A DNA stretch of 63,858 nucleotides, filler included, from Choristocarpus tenellus KU-1152 (taxonomy: Eukaryota > Protista > Phaeophyceae): NCBI GenBank assembly GCA_964200185.2. It is 12 parts of 12 records of this genome, joined end to end, with 100 filler letters (N's around TTAATTAATTAA, not from the genome) between each part and the next. Parts side by side here need not be neighbours in the genome. Positions count along the whole stretch, not along the records: positions 49,076 to 55,235 come from CAXNAD020008802.1; positions 55,336 to 59,588 come from CAXNAD020015465.1; positions 59,689 to 63,858 come from CAXNAD020015866.1; 9 more parts are not named here. The stretch is one strand, 5' to 3'. Below are positions 49,801 through 63,858 of this stretch, piece by piece. Numbering within the stretch: position 1 is the first letter of the stretch; every line of letters begins with the position of its first letter. The notes beneath the pieces were generated by a model that did not search any database, had not been told where the DNA came from, and saw only the letters and a program-made list of their open reading frames with translations. A program made the translations under genes and the position numbers.

Positions 49801-52800
49801 ATGGAACCTGGAGGTAAGTGGGAACAGGGAGGAGATTTTTCACTGCTTTTCTATGTGGATTGCGGGAGAGAAAATACGTTGTCGTTACCCTCCAACTCAA
49901 GTAATGGATGGGGGGATTTGATGGACCTATGTCAAGTTAGGTCTTATTATCCCTTGCGATATATGCAAAAGATGGAGTTTTGACAATCGTTTTGCATTTC
50001 AAATGTTGAACTTCCTGGAAATCATGGCAATGAGTCATGGAGATCTACAAAGATCGATACGAGTGTCGAAGTGAGTATAGGGTGGAAACCTTCTCTACTA
50101 GAAGTGACTGCCACACCTTGCAATTGGGACCGTGACAGCCTTTGTAATAGGATAGAGAGGCAGTAGCTGGGCATATTACTTGGCTTTATGTTGGTTGCCG
50201 CCCAGCAATACTCTCACTCAATCTGCCCCTTCATCATCCACTTCTATCCTCATATTAGCAGGTGATCCAGCATCAGGGGGTGATTCTGATGATGTGACGC
50301 AAAACAGCGAGGGAGGACAATCGCCAGAAGGAGAGGGGGATGAGGGAACGGAAGGGCAGGATGGCATAGATGTGGATACGAAGCGGAAGAGGCGTTTGGA
50401 ACTAAACCGCAAGGTTTGATAAGCTGTGATAGATAGAAAATACTTTCGTGCTTCTTTCCTATACCTGAAGCCCGTACTACGTTTCGAAGCCAGCCTCGGC
50501 AGGATGTTACCCTATAATTTGGATTTATCATCTGTTTGTAGTTGACTGTTAATTGTATCTCAATAGTAGTGATACCAACCGTTCACCTCCTCGCCTCGAT
50601 TCCATCTCTATATTATAATTTGGAAGAGCTCTTTATAGCTGATGTGTGAGCTTGTCGTGAAGACTGTGTGCTCTATTGGCAAATTTTACAGTTTTGTGAA
50701 GAGTGAACAGTAGCATGTATAGGACTTATCTGAATATCGTTCCATTTTCTGTGTCGGATTAAGGTATAACTACGTGCGTAAGGTTCCCACCATCCTAAGA
50801 CTTCATTCATTTGCCACACTGTAGCCCTTTAGTCTCTACCTCATAGTTTGTCCTATGTACAGACTTAGCTTGAGGTTTTTTCTCTCCAATACTAGGTGTA
50901 TAAGGACAACCTGTTTGCACTACGTTGATTATAGATTTGTTTGCTCATCTTCTTGGGTGTTCTTGCTTGTTATTTTCTTGGGCACACTAAACGTGTCAGG
51001 TGTTGCATGCTTGTTTGGTTTTGCTTTGAAACAAAACAAACCTATGATACACCTGTTACAGTCAATACCGCTGAGCTGGGTTGGGATAACCTCTCCTTGT
51101 TGGTCCTTGTTTCCTCAATCACAAATGCTTTACGTTATTGTGTTTACATTGCGAGATAAGTAAGCACTATTGCCCATTTCTTTTTTAAGGGGTATATAGA
51201 TTAATGTTTACGTCGACTTTCTGTGGCAGTTACAGTGCAATACAGAGAGGACCCCAGAGGATCAGTGATCGCTCCATAGGGTAACATGGCATCCATGTGA
51301 TTCCATGGTGATTCGTTGTACAGATGATAGTACTGGCTAATGCAACAAGAGTAACATTAATGGTTCTCCCCTCTTCATAAATTACTACTGAAACCTCTAC
51401 ATCTAAGACCTCTCTTTGATACCTGCTGTAACCCTGGTGAATAAAATTACGGGAAATGATGCTATTTACAGTTGTAGAGTGGAGGTGATATGAGGGTGTT
51501 TGATGGGAAACATGCGTAAGTGAGGCTGGGCTTGTCCTTGTGTTCTGAAGAGGTGTTGTTTGTCAAGGATGATGTGAAACTCTTACGATTTTTCGTGAGG
51601 GGGCTGCATACAAGACTGTATGCATCGCCTGTTTTGCTATGCAAAATCCTTGTGTCAAGTGCAGCAGAATTTGTTGAATCATCATCAATGAAGTCCTGAC
51701 AATTTTTCCCAAGGGCATATTCAGAGTTTTTTTTCAATGGGAAGAAGTGTTTTTCTCCAGTTTTTGTGTCGCACTGCTTTTCGGTGTAGCCGCTTGGATT
51801 TTTTTCCGTCTGATCCAGTAGGGACCTAGTGTGTTTATTTTGGGGAGCGTATTAACACATTGCTAGTCAGGGTCTGCCTGCTCACAATAGAAGATAGAAC
51901 TGTGCATACATTGTAGTAGTACTTGCTATTTTACCACATTCAATAGATCAAAGCGAAGGGAGCCCTGTAAGATCAACCATTCCACTGCGACTGTTGAGTG
52001 GTCCAATGTGGCTCCAGTAGTGGGTAAGGCCCTTGGGTGGGATTGATTCTGACAAGGTCTCTTGTCAGCTTCTCTCATAGGTCCCTCAAGGTGTGTTGCT
52101 TAAAGGTAGGTTATTAGTATGTATCATTGGTTTTTTGTCACAAGTTTGTTGTCATTTGAAAGTTCTGTAAGAGTGAAGTGGGGCTCATGTACGTAGCACT
52201 TGCCTCCCTGTACAATATTCTTGGCCTCCCTACCGGCCCTCATTTGTCGAAACCCGTGATCATGTATGACCTGCCTGAGGATCTGTGTTTGTACCTGGTA
52301 CTGGGCAGATGTCAGCTTGGTTGCCGTCTAAGGCGTCTCCATCCTCTGTGTTTAACCTCCATGGGGTTGTTAATATACAGAGAGCATAAGCTGAGCAGTA
52401 ACAAAAGAACAGTGCCGGCCCCTCACCCACCTGTTCGTAGCCTTCATCCTCTAGCACCTCTCTCATGCCCTTAAGCCGACCCAACCATAAAGTTAGCCTG
52501 GGCACCTGCCTACAATAGTTTAGTAGGGGGTTATAGGCAAAAAGGGCATTGAAACTTGACAGGTTATGTATGTTGGGGTATTGTATCCTGTTATACATTT
52601 TTTTTTTTTTTGGGGGGGGGGATTACGTCATACGTATTTCTGTAAAAAGATGAAATCTAAAGATCTGACAGCAGTTATTTTCGTTTAAATATTTATGTAT
52701 GTACATTTCTTTTTTTTTATGATGATAATTCATTGGTCAGGCGGCAAAAGAATCTCGTCGGCGGAAGAAGATGCGAATTGAGGAGCTGCAACGGAGTGTT

Positions 52801-52863
52801 GTTTTTTTGACACGTGAAAACCACGAATTGAGAGAGCAGAACGAGCTCCTCAGGCAGATGGTG
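49801..52863 (+). CDS. bZIP transcription factor, 3' partial
   Basis: Exons 49801-49813, 50262-50413 and 52741-52863 join in frame: KRKRRLELNRK/AAKESRRRKKMRIEELQRSVVFLTRENHELREQNELL (basic region plus leucine heptads). Confidence 0.88.
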
Positions 52864-55626
52864 GTGAGTTACTAGTTTTGCGTGTGTGTTGTCAAATGCC
52901 CTTTGCTTGGTGGGGGGGGGGGGGCGGGGGGAAGAGTGTCGATATTGGTTGAGGATATTTTTACATCGTTGTGACACTTTGCTGNNNNNNNNNNGTAGAG
53001 TTTGTGGTGGTTTTTTTGTGTTTTGTTTTGTGTTTGTTGTTTGTTTTTGTGTGTGGGTGGTGGTTGGGGGTTGCTGTTTTTTTTTTTGGGTTGATGAGTG
53101 TGGACGCATTTGGTTTGTGATGCAGTTCTTAGGGTTAGGGTTTTTGTTCTTGTAGTTGGATGGGTGGGTGGGTGCCCACGTGGGTGCCGAGCAATTAGTA
53201 GTTTTTTTTGTAGAAATCGCTATGCAAGGAGGGTAGTTGGTTTGGTCAATATGGTTCTTTCGGACTTGGTACTTTCAGAGAGTAGGTGTATTTGGCGCTA
53301 GGGGTGGTTTGGTTGCTTTGGTTGGGACTAGAAGTAGTTCATTCCTGGACTATTGAGGGGTAGGGATGATGCACTTGATATCCCTTTGATGCTTGTTTTG
53401 TGTTCCAAGGAGTAACCCATGGATGTCTTAATCAGATGTGGATAGTAGAGTGTTTAGTGCTTGTGATGGATGGGTGGTGAGGCAGTAGAGACAGTGTTGA
53501 GTCGTAGTGTAGTGGGGGGAAACTGGAAGGGAGGGAAGTTCTTGTGAACAGGTAGTTCAGGGTGATTTGGTATGTGAGTGAGGAGTATTGTTATTTTTTT
53601 TTTTGGGGGGGGGGGAGGGGAAGAGGGGAGCATTTTGTTCATCTCTAATTCTGTAGAAGCTTTGAGGGATACAAGATTCGACTGTCAGAGGGGAGGCTTG
53701 TGCAGATTCCTTTTTTTGGTTAAAAAGGACTCACAGGTGTCCATGCGTGAAATATGAATTGCTTGCTTAAGCACACTTCATAGTGTAGTGATTTGCTTGA
53801 GCTAGAGCACATATTTGCATATTGTGTGAGATACTCAAGAGACAGCAGGGCGGGGAAGGCATGTCTTGCGATTTGAGATTGCTGATAGTAGTTGTTGAAT
53901 CAGAGATTCTTTTAAGAATTGAAACAATTGCTTAAAAAAGAAATCTCAACCGTGAGCGGAGACTTTGTAGCTAAGATATTCGTTGGCTTCTGCTGTGACC
54001 TGTGACTGCCCTTGTCTGTTATTTTGATGTATTGGATTGTTGGGTATCGAAATATTTTCAATGCCAATAATTGATTTATCGATACAGTCTAGAAAACACA
54101 AGGAATCTGTTTTGGCTCATGGGTTGGAAGCTTACAGGCTTTCTGTTTGCAGGTTAACATTTGTTTTGTCACCTTGATGTGTGATGGTGGTTGGTGTAGA
54201 TGTTTGGCCTGGAGTGAGTTGCATCACAACACACACATCGCACAATGCAAAAATATGTAGAGGGGTTTCCACGATTTTATAAGGCGTCGGTGTTTTAGAT
54301 CTGGGAAGCGGTCGAGAAGTATCAACTGCAACCCACCTGTCACCTGACATAATTATAATTATTTATGGAAGGATGAAGGAAAATTCTTACATGGAAAAAA
54401 TAAAACGTTTACAAGATATTTTGAGAATAGTAGAAGTGAGCATTTTCCAATCTTCTGGGAAGTTTTTTTTTGTAATTGTAAATTGGTCGATATTTGTGTT
54501 TTTTGGGGGGGAGTAGCTCCTACCATGTGGGCTTTTACTCCTTGATTACTCTGAACTATTAATGATTTCTGGTATAGGTCGAGAGGGCAACCATATTGTT
54601 ACCTCATTGTTGTGGAATGTATTGCATTCATGTTCACTTTTTGGTAATGATTCATGACGGTATGGGGTATACCCTCTGTGTGCAGTATACGTTTTGTTAG
54701 TGATACGACTAGAAATGTACTAGCTGACTAGGAGGTGTTTTGAATTCCCTGATCCGCATGTTGTCATGAGATTATAATTTTTGGTAGCTTTTGACCCTGC
54801 AGGACTAAGGTGGGTGGTAGGTGAATGCCTACGTTAATGTTGGCTCAGTAAATATTGCATATCAGATGTTTGGGAAGAGGTCCGTTGTACTGTCATTTGT
54901 GGGTATTGATACAAGAGAAGAAGAAATCTGACATGTACGATCAACTTCTGCAGATAAAAAATAATGAGGAAACCCTATTTAAACCTCTGGCCTGTAGGGA
55001 AATGGTATGTTTCAAGTTAGTTGCATGTTTTCATCTTGTTGCACCTCTCAGTGAATATCGGCAGATACCCTCTCGGCATCATGACTCCCAGAAACTCAGA
55101 CAAACATGCGGCATTGTCATCTTTCATACCTGCATTTGCTTCCCCTCCCCAAACCCCCCCCCCCCCCCCCCCTGACCCCCCCCCTCTGTTTTTCGTTCCC
55201 TTTCCTGGGGGGAAAAAAGGGGGGGGAAAACCAAANNNNNNNNNNNNNNNNNNNNNNNNNNNNNNNNNNNNNNNNNNNNTTAATTAATTAANNNNNNNNN
55301 NNNNNNNNNNNNNNNNNNNNNNNNNNNNNNNNNNNCACGACAGCTTCTGAAGTGTTGGCCGGGGTGGGGGGGGGGGGGGCGGTAGAAACATAAGAAAAAT
55401 GCTTGGAAGGCATATTAACCAAAGGCTTGTAGTATCTCAACGCTTCTCATTATGTACAACAAAGACTTTTTGATTAGGGATTCGAGGTTGATAAACAACC
55501 ATAGTACATGAGAGCTGTCACTGCTAGGAAACATAGAGGTGAACATACACAAGAGAGAGAGAGAGAGACAGAGAGATAGACAATTTTATTGTACTATTAT
55601 ACAGTTAATAACAAAATGCCAATTAC

Positions 55627-58600
55627 CTGCGCATCCTTAGTGGAGGCTCCCAGGTGAGGGGAGCACACAACCTTGGGGTGGGTCACCAGGGTTTCCAGCT
55701 CTGGGGGAGGCGGTTCGCTGGGATAAACATCAAGAGCTGCTCCAGCCACCTGACACAAGTTTGTTGTTTCTTGTGAGTGATACAAGACAGGTTTTCAAAT
55801 ACTATGACATAGCACTATGTAGCAGTGACAGTATTGTAGTATTTTTTGCAAATAGATACAGTGACACAATGCAAAAGACACAACAATACCACTATCTAGA
55901 TTCACACACACAAAAAAATGTATGTAGTGATGCGCTAAGGATACACTCGCCCTCGCGAAAGGGTCTTAGAGCTCTCAATAATACTCTTCTTATCCCTAAT
56001 ATTAATAGCAAGGAGAGAGTAATATAAACACATACCATCATTACAGAAGCAGTAGGTATTGAAGGACTCTCCAAACATAACAAAAAATATAATGGAAGAA
56101 ATGTTGTAAGGAGGCTCTCTACCTCTTTCTCCCTCTCTATACTTACATACACACATATGTATGCTCCTATGGGTAAACACAATAAATGCATACCCTCGTC
56201 AAATAAAGGACATAGAAACATATCAACACCATAAAGCATACCGCCACAGAACACAGAATACAGACAAAGACAAGCGAAGGAGTGGAAGGCGTACAGGGCA
56301 GGGATAAAAAAAAAGAGAACAGGTTAAATTTCATATTCAAAAAATCAGATAGTACGCCTTCCACATTCACCATACATTTCTCTATTTTTTTAAAAGCTAC
56401 CTCAAGTTCACCACGTTACCACCATAATACACACCTGAGACTACATAAACCAACAACACACACACCTTCCCACTGGCAAGAGAGTCCTCAACCTTAATGG
56501 TATATACAAACACCAACACACACACACCTTCCCAACATTAAGAGTCCTCAACCTTAATGGTATATACAGACACCAACACACACACACACCTTCCCAACAT
56601 TAAGAGAGTCCTCAACCTTAATGGTATATACAAACACCAACAAACAAACACACACACACACCTTCCCACTGTCAAGAGAGTCCTCAACCTTAAGGGTACA
56701 TACAAACACCAACAAACACACACACACACACACACACACCTTCCCACTGTCAAGCGCCTCAAGCAGAGCCAAGGGGTCGACTATCCCCCCCCGCGCACAG
56801 TTAATAATCCTAACACCCCTCTTGCACTTCTCCAAGTTCGTCTTCCCAATCAGTCCTCTTGTCTCGGGTGTAAGAGGCGTGTGCAGGGTGATGAAGTCAG
56901 ACCTCTCAAAGATCTGTGTTCCGGTAGAAACGCCACCGCAGGGAGGGGATCGGGAAAAAGGTCACGATACACAGCTCACACGAAAGGTAGAGATTTGCCA
57001 CAAGTTTCTCCTAGAAAACTTATGGGACTGGAAGAGGTTGTCAGAATATCGAAGTGTCAGAGAGTACCCGATTAATGTTCGTAGTTGTTAACACAAATCG
57101 ATTAAAATCCCATCACTTCAACACCTAACCTGTCAAACCCACCTAACCAAACGATAACTTCATCAACACAAGGAGTCAGCCATGTAGTCATGGGATACCT
57201 AGCCCCTTCAAAATCTGACCTGAGACTTTCATACCTACATAGGGGGGGAGGGGAGCAATGAGGGATAGCAGAGTACTATTGAACATTTTGGTACTTGAAA
57301 AATAATTATTATAACCCCCTGTTGTAACGTTTGTGTTGAAAACACCTTCGATATAGTGTTCGTTTTTTAACAAAAAACAAAACAAAAAAGGTTGGCACCC
57401 AGAGCGCTACACGACCACATCATGATACGACAAATTGCTACAGGGAAATTCCATAGTGCCACAGCGCACTGCTACCTACTGTACACTGCTAGAGAGAGCC
57501 TGCCTTAAAAATCAACCTGACCTGGCAGAAAAACATTATATTATTTCAGGTTGAAGCAAACCAACAAAAAATAAAAAATAACACAAGAGTAGGATAGTAC
57601 TTAGTTCACAACTCCACTACATGTACTACAGCACACTCACAGAACAAAAAACTAGAATAAAAAACTAGAATAAAATCATCCATGTTTTCTACATCGACGC
57701 CGATGTTATGGGTAAAGTATTTACATCCGCAGCAGGATTGCAAGTATGTTCTCTGACATCACCCTTTGAAACGATCTCAAGCATAGGTTTTTTTTTAAAA
57801 CAAAAGCAAGCACATACAGGGGAAACAGAAGGTAACATACTATGCACAAATACACACCAGCGCAAATGTTAAATACAACAAACGAATGACCACAGTTACA
57901 ACACACACGCACGCCAGGAAAAAGAGAGGAACTCCACCAAAGCAATCGACGAGTGCTCTCTAATGATGTCTTCGTCTCCCTGCGTAACCCTCATCGCTCG
58001 AATATTTCAACACCACATAAACGAATCTGAAATTCAAAATCGTACGTGAGACAAACCCAACTGTCACGTGATCAATTTCTGATTTGATGGCTCTGTACAA
58101 GCATCAAAACTATTTCATCACAATCAGAAATTGCACACAACACAGAGCCATCAAATCACCACACCCCCTGCACCCCCACAAAAAAAAAAAAAAAAAATCA
58201 AAAATCATCCCTCGATGATCAGTTTTGACAAATCTCGATGTGATCATAATTCCTAGGAGTTCAATCGAATCCAAGGTTCAAAAATTAATCAACACCCTTT
58301 ACTCCAATCACAATGCCCAAAACACCTCCCAAAATCCGGGATATATCCAATCCCCATCCCCAATAACTCCCCCCCCTCCCCCCCCCCAAAAAAAAATGTA
58401 AGTCGAGCTTATTTCATCGCACCCTTGAAGCCTTGCAGTACTACATCTCATGCAATACAACACCTTCACAATAGTAAACTCTCACAATACCATCCCCACA
58501 TCGCAGTCAAAGACCACCACCTCTATGCCTTCGCCCCAACAACTTACCCTCATGCCTCAAGGCCCCAACCCTAACCCTAACCCTAACCCTAAGATCTACC

Positions 58601-59565
58601 GACTGTCATCTCCTTGTGTCCTAACCCTGACTCTAACAACAATGTATTTTCTCCCCTCCAAGAACAGTTTACCTTAATTGAGGACTTGGTATCCTTTCAT
58701 GATCATCATGTATCATACACCCTTTTTTTTGTCAAAATCCCTAACCCTAACATCACAAGGTGAACAGGGTGAAACTCCACATTTGCTTCAGTCCCTGGAT
58801 CAAACAACATTCCTAACCAACGTCAGCACGTCAGGTAGTGAGGGTCATTGGGGTATGACCAAGGGTCTTGCCCACTAGTAACGCCTCCATACATAACTGG
58901 AAAACAATCAACCTTCCCACACATGCCCCCAAAAGGATTTTTTTCATCTTTTCGGCACCCATGTCCTCACATGTCAAAATCAGCGCTTGGGTTTAAGCAG
59001 GCGAGGCTGGACGATTAGGCAAAATAGCTGCGAATTTCAACACTTCTTCCCCTAACCTAACCCATCACCACAAACCACACCCAACTTTTATGAACCGGCT
59101 CTATCCTACAAAAAAATAACAAAAAAATTCAGACTCGTTTAAGAAAAAAAAGTACAGAGAGTATCAACAGCACAGTGAAGAAAATAAGATCAAATAATAA
59201 ATAAGTAACAATTTATACATGTGAAACTCAACTTCGTAAAGCAAAAAAAAAAGGTCATTTTTTTTTCAAGCGTTACGAGCTCGAAAAATCTCGCAAGGTA
59301 ACACTTCTCACAACCTAAAGTCTCTTTTTACAAGCACTGAAAAAAAAAAAAACTCTCAATCCGCCGGCGGAAAAAAAAAATCGAAGTTTCTATCAGAAAT
59401 CCCCTTCACCTGGTCCAGTGTCACCGGCTCTATGCCTGCAGCCCTGGTGGACGAATCCGTAAGGATAGGATCATAACCCACCGCAGTCATGCCAAAGTTC
59501 ATGCACCATGATGCCACCTCACGCCCGATGCGCCCCAGGCCAACAATCCCCACCGTCTTGCCCAT
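55627..59565 (-). CDS. PHGDH: D-3-phosphoglycerate dehydrogenase, internal exons
   Basis: Exons 59565-59410 ([17 protein letters not shown], Rossmann), 56913-56740 ([13 protein letters not shown]...[10 protein letters not shown]) and 55749-55627 (AALDVY...[11 protein letters not shown]), all phase 0 with GT-AG sites. Confidence 0.92.
56455..56752. repeat. About 5 tandem 60-80-bp units copying the PHGDH exon end, donor site and (GT)n tract
   Basis: CACCTTCCCA...AAGAG(AG)TCCTCAACCTTAA recurs across 56455-56752. Confidence 0.9.
58566..58591. repeat. Interstitial telomere-like (CCCTAA)n tract
   Basis: About four CCCTAA units. Other short tracts at ~34087-34105, 34538-34551, 53129-53141, 58620 and 58739. 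Confidence 0.8.
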
Positions 59566-61518
59566 CTGTTTTAAATTGAAAGGGGGAGNNNNNNNNNNNN
59601 NNNNNNNNNNNNNNNNNNNNNNNNNNNNNNNNTTAATTAATTAANNNNNNNNNNNNNNNNNNNNNNNNNNNNNNNNNNNNNNNNNNNNCCCCCCCCAAGA
59701 TACTTTGACCCCAAAGTAGGAACTTGACACGATCTTCTTCGTTTCATACATACATACATACATACCTACATACCTACATACATACATACTACAGTATCCA
59801 CAAAAGGCGGCTTCGATTTTCAGATTTCATGTTGGGGATGAACCATGACTACTGTTTGCCCATGGACCTCGTACTTTGGAGAACTTGACGCTCAGAAACG
59901 AAAAAGGAGAGAAGGGAATTTCAGAGAAAAACTGGTTGACAGTGACTCCAAGACAACCTCGAGGTTTTGAGCATCACAGCTAATGAGTGGTGTTCTCTTG
60001 CAGAAGAATCAGACAGGTGGTAATTATGTGTTGAGGTTGGAGCAAAGTAATTCAAGGATACCTAGCATACTGCTGAGGTCAAAGCAGTCGCAGTCCGTCA
60101 AGCGAAAAGTGACTTTGACCACCAACCACGCGTGATAATGGCTACTGGGATTCTTCTCTTTGTTTAACTTTTTCCTCTCTATTTTTCTTTGGAGGCGAAG
60201 AGGGCTGGAGGCTTCCTTTGCCTAAACTCGGATACTCTTCTTCTGTTGATGGTAGTAGGTTGTACCTAGCGAGTGTAAGGGCCGATTCTAGATCCTCTGA
60301 AATGCGTTATGTATATGTGCTTCTAGAACCAATTGTGGTCCTTGATGCAGGAGCTGATCCTTGAATTGTGTTTTTCTTTTTGTATAAATATATTCTCTTA
60401 GACTTCAATGATGAATCTTCCCTTCTGAGGGCTTTCTTTCTGTGTATGTTTTATCTCTTTGTGGACTGGACTGATCGATCGATCATTTTTTGGCACGTAG
60501 GGCCTTGTCCCTTTTTTTGCTCTTCCTTGCATTGCCTTTCTGACTACGAGTTTATGTATGCTGTATACGTTACTCATTATCTACCGATTGTTTCTCTTTC
60601 TTTCAAGCATCGCTGTAGGATACTTAAAACTTGTGTGAAAATCAATGACAGTGAACACTGCACTATTTGTTCTACTCTACGAACTACCTCTTGTACTACA
60701 ACTAATTGCACTGTCCCGTGCGTGCCTTGATTCTTACTCGTGTGTTGGGACCAGGCATCCCACTGTTCGTCGCTCCACCTCCTTCCTCAAATCTGTTTGG
60801 TGTTCTCTTCATTTCCAATGAATCTTGGGCACCATGATCCAGGTCTTTCCAGGCGTCCCTTTTTGTGATTTTGCACAAGATATTAAGGACAAATGTACTT
60901 TCCCAATGCACTTGTCATGCGGTCCATTGAGTTCAAACATCCTGTGAAGAAATTTTGAGTTCTGCAACTGCAGTTCGAACCTGGCCATTCCGGTGACGGA
61001 ATGTGGGCAGATAATAATGCTGTCATTATTGTATTATGTTTCGTGCATTCGTTGGGGATGATCCTGGTCCCTGGCCAGAGACACTACACAATGCAGTACT
61101 CTTTATACTGACTACTGACTACTTGTTGCAATACAATTAAATGTGCGGCCTCCGATCCTGCCTTGCTTCTCATGCGTTGGGTTCAGCACTCCTACCCTCG
61201 TTAGTCTGTTTCCTCCCTAGAACCTTCTCCTGGACCGACCCCAAACTTTTTCCACCTTAACTTGGTCTGACTTTTTTGTGGAATAGCACAGACAGGAAGG
61301 TACAGGAGGTGTACAAGGCTTGTGGTTCCTTGCCATATGTAGATTGTTGCGTTGACTATCAACGCGATGAGGATATATCTACAAAGTGGAAGAATGGATT
61401 ATCTTGTGTGGAAAGTATATGAGCGCGCGTTTCTGAATATCGCGCGATTGATGCCATGTTCGGCTTGTTCATTCCAATACTATCAGTGTTCCGTGATCAA
61501 AGCTTACGACCTGCCGAC

Positions 61519-62126
61519 ATGTCGTCATACCCTCTTAAGTACGACCACCTGGTCAAACTTCTGGTCATTGGAGATAGTGGTGAGGGTAGTGTGGCTGTGT
61601 GTCGTTTGAATGTTGAGTGGTCTCGTTGCCCCTCAACAAGTTCTCCTTATATTTGTTGTGAGTAATCATTCGCAGGTCAATCTTTTGTACTTCCAATGTA
61701 TCAGTTTCTGGTCCGTGCAAGTAAATTCTCATGGACCATGCCATGTCTTGTGGCATCCTTGCTATTTCTTGCTACTCGCACGAACTCTGTCCATGTTAAT
61801 TCTAGACAATTTGACCAGTATTTGGAACCTCCAAATACAGGATTGGATTGAAATTCACCCCCAAGTTCAGGTGGTTGAAGTTTTGGAATGAACATTGCTA
61901 ATGCAGTCGCGCAAGAATCAGGATATCCAGTCTCTGGTTGTGCAAGGGGAGGTTGCAAGTGATTAACCCAAGTATTTGACCATGGTCGGCGTGTGGTACA
62001 GGACTAAGATCTCTTTACCCCTCCCCCTTTAACCCTTTCTACTATACCAACAGGGGTGGGGAAGAGCTGCATGCTCCTCCGTTACACAGACAATGCCTTC
62101 ACGTCGTCATACATTTCCACCATCGG
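61519..62126 (+). CDS. Rab1/Rab8-group small GTPase, first two exons
   Basis: Exons 61519-61579 and 62054-62126: [45 protein letters not shown] (P-loop plus switch I). Confidence 0.9.
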
Positions 62127-63496
62127 GTGAGAAGGGGTTTGACAGAGTGGATCTCATAGCTTGACTTGTTTGTTTGGTCGTTTGTTTTATGCTTGAGAGT
62201 TCTCCATGACTGAAGCCCTAGACATACCTAACGGTATGATTGTCCCTTACTCTTCCCCTTGTCATTCATCATAACATTTAAAACAAGAATATAGATCCTG
62301 CTTCCATTTAAAGCTTCTAAGGTGAGGACGCGGGCCTCTTAAAACAGTCGTGCTAAATTTTGGAATATCGTTGCCCACCTATACTTGCACCAATGCCATG
62401 GCAGATTTCCTGTCGGACTCTGGCAGGATGCACTTAGAGTTTCTGAGATGGTCCTCACTCGGAGGTACCACCATCCCAGATGAAGCTTGAAACATACACA
62501 ATCTCCATGCGGCGTCGTTGCCTGTCAAGAAGCTCAATAAGTAGGGTCGTATAATAATTTCCAGGTGTTCTTGTAGCCCATGCTAACAAATCCCACACGG
62601 GTACTTATTAGCTCCGCTGGGGCTTATATCTTCCCCATATCGAACTAAGGGAACTTCCTCCCCCAGTTGCAGAAATCCTTGATGCCACCCAAAAGCCCCT
62701 TACGTCGGTTTTCCCAACTCAGTATCTGTTCTCGAGTCAACTCCACCTCGCCAAACTAGCTTAATATCGACTGTGCTGCAATGATGACACTCGGGGTTAC
62801 ATTCGTGATGGTGTTAGTTAAAATGGAAACACACCATCGCCATCAAGAGAGGTCCAGGGTTTCCTAGAGATATTTTGGTTCAACAAAGACAAACGACACC
62901 ACCAAGAGGCGTGTGCGAAGTGGGGAGATGGCGAAGGATCTCCTATTGCTTGAGGAATGACACCCCTCAACAAGCTTGCCGCGTCCTAGGGACTTGCTTT
63001 GCTTGGCTTTCACCATGGCACTATCAATGATATGATGATACCATTACCTTGTTCTATCTACCCCCTTCCAGTTGTTGATCGATGCAAAATGCAAGCATTG
63101 GGGGGGTTCTCGCCGTTGAAGAGCCGTTGACTCCCAACTCTTTTGGGGGGAGGAGGGAGGGGGGAGGGTGGGCGTAGGGTTTCTATTAGCGACAACAAAC
63201 TTAGACATACTTGGGGTAACATCAGGCACAACAGTAACTTAGACATGCTGGGGTAACATCTGGGACAAGAACAGCTTGGACATACTCGACCACTATCAAT
63301 ACCGGATATGGTGACAGTTGGAAGTCTCATCACGTGGCATTGTTCACCACGGCAATAATACCCTTTCACTGTGGATAGGCTTGTCATACTGGGAACCCTT
63401 TGCCATTGATATTGGACGATTTTGGTGTTCTCTGATGATACTTGGACGGGGTCTTCAGATGCTACCTCACCTGCGCGCTTCAGCACGGCTTAGGCA

Positions 63497-63531
63497 TATG
63501 GTATGGTATGGTATGGTATGGTATGGTATGG
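63497..63531. repeat. (ATGGT)n microsatellite
   Basis: About 7 pentamer units. Other microsatellites: (CA)n ~36388-36425, (GA)n ~55551-55580 and (TACA)n ~59745-59790. Confidence 0.9.
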
Positions 63532-63858
63532 TGCAGGTGTTTTCTGCCGCACCTGCCCTGGATAGGCGCTGCTAGATGCCGTGCCCTAGGAAGTGCATGT
63601 TTAAGGGGTGCTCTTACTATTGGCTCTGATTCCACGATGAGAGGTGTTGTGAAGGTTTTATTTATCAACTTTGTACATCTGGGAAATATATCGCCAGTAC
63701 CTGTATCCCTTTCTTTTTTCTTTTTGCAAAAGTGTGCAGCGCTCTCTCTCTCTCTCTATTACTCTATTCCTCTCTTCATGCGGGGGGGGGGGATGTTGAA
63801 AAGAAGATCCCCCTTTTTTTATGTTTGCAGATGTAATTGTTTTTTTCTGTATTTTTGT

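Noticed and set aside
60973-60985. B-box-like GTTCGAACC (tRNA or SINE)
   Set aside because: No A-box, cloverleaf or second copy is visible.

Overview
This is eukaryotic, intron-rich DNA, most consistent with a stramenopile such as a brown alga (inferred from gene types, GT-AG introns and TTAGGG tracts). It is not a continuous locus. Eleven artificial 100-bp linkers (44 N + TTAATTAATTAA + 44 N) join 12 short contigs: 1-12830, 12931-15887, 15988-24802, 24903-30513, 30614-33448, 33549-36585, 36686-41087, 41188-44976, 45077-48975, 49076-55235, 55336-59588 and 59689-63858. Spliced host genes read by hand: a complete 7-exon HAD hydrolase, and partial LARP4-like, bZIP, D-3-phosphoglycerate dehydrogenase, Rab1/Rab8-type and probable DDM1/HELLS-like genes. 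There is also a decayed 'IFERLY...CTFxP'-repeat gene. Transposon debris includes mariner, RTE LINE, copia, a cluster of RLE-type non-LTR 3' ends, Harbinger-like MITEs and Stowaway-like MITEs. The most notable observation is two mutually homologous, spliced genes with a ParB/Sulfiredoxin-like (D/N)GxHR domain, on contigs 4 and 5. The ORF track shows them only as fragments. Each has ~235-250 bp tandem repeats upstream, and one lies head-to-head with a Sola-like transposase fragment. Together they suggest an undescribed transposon-borne ParB-like module.
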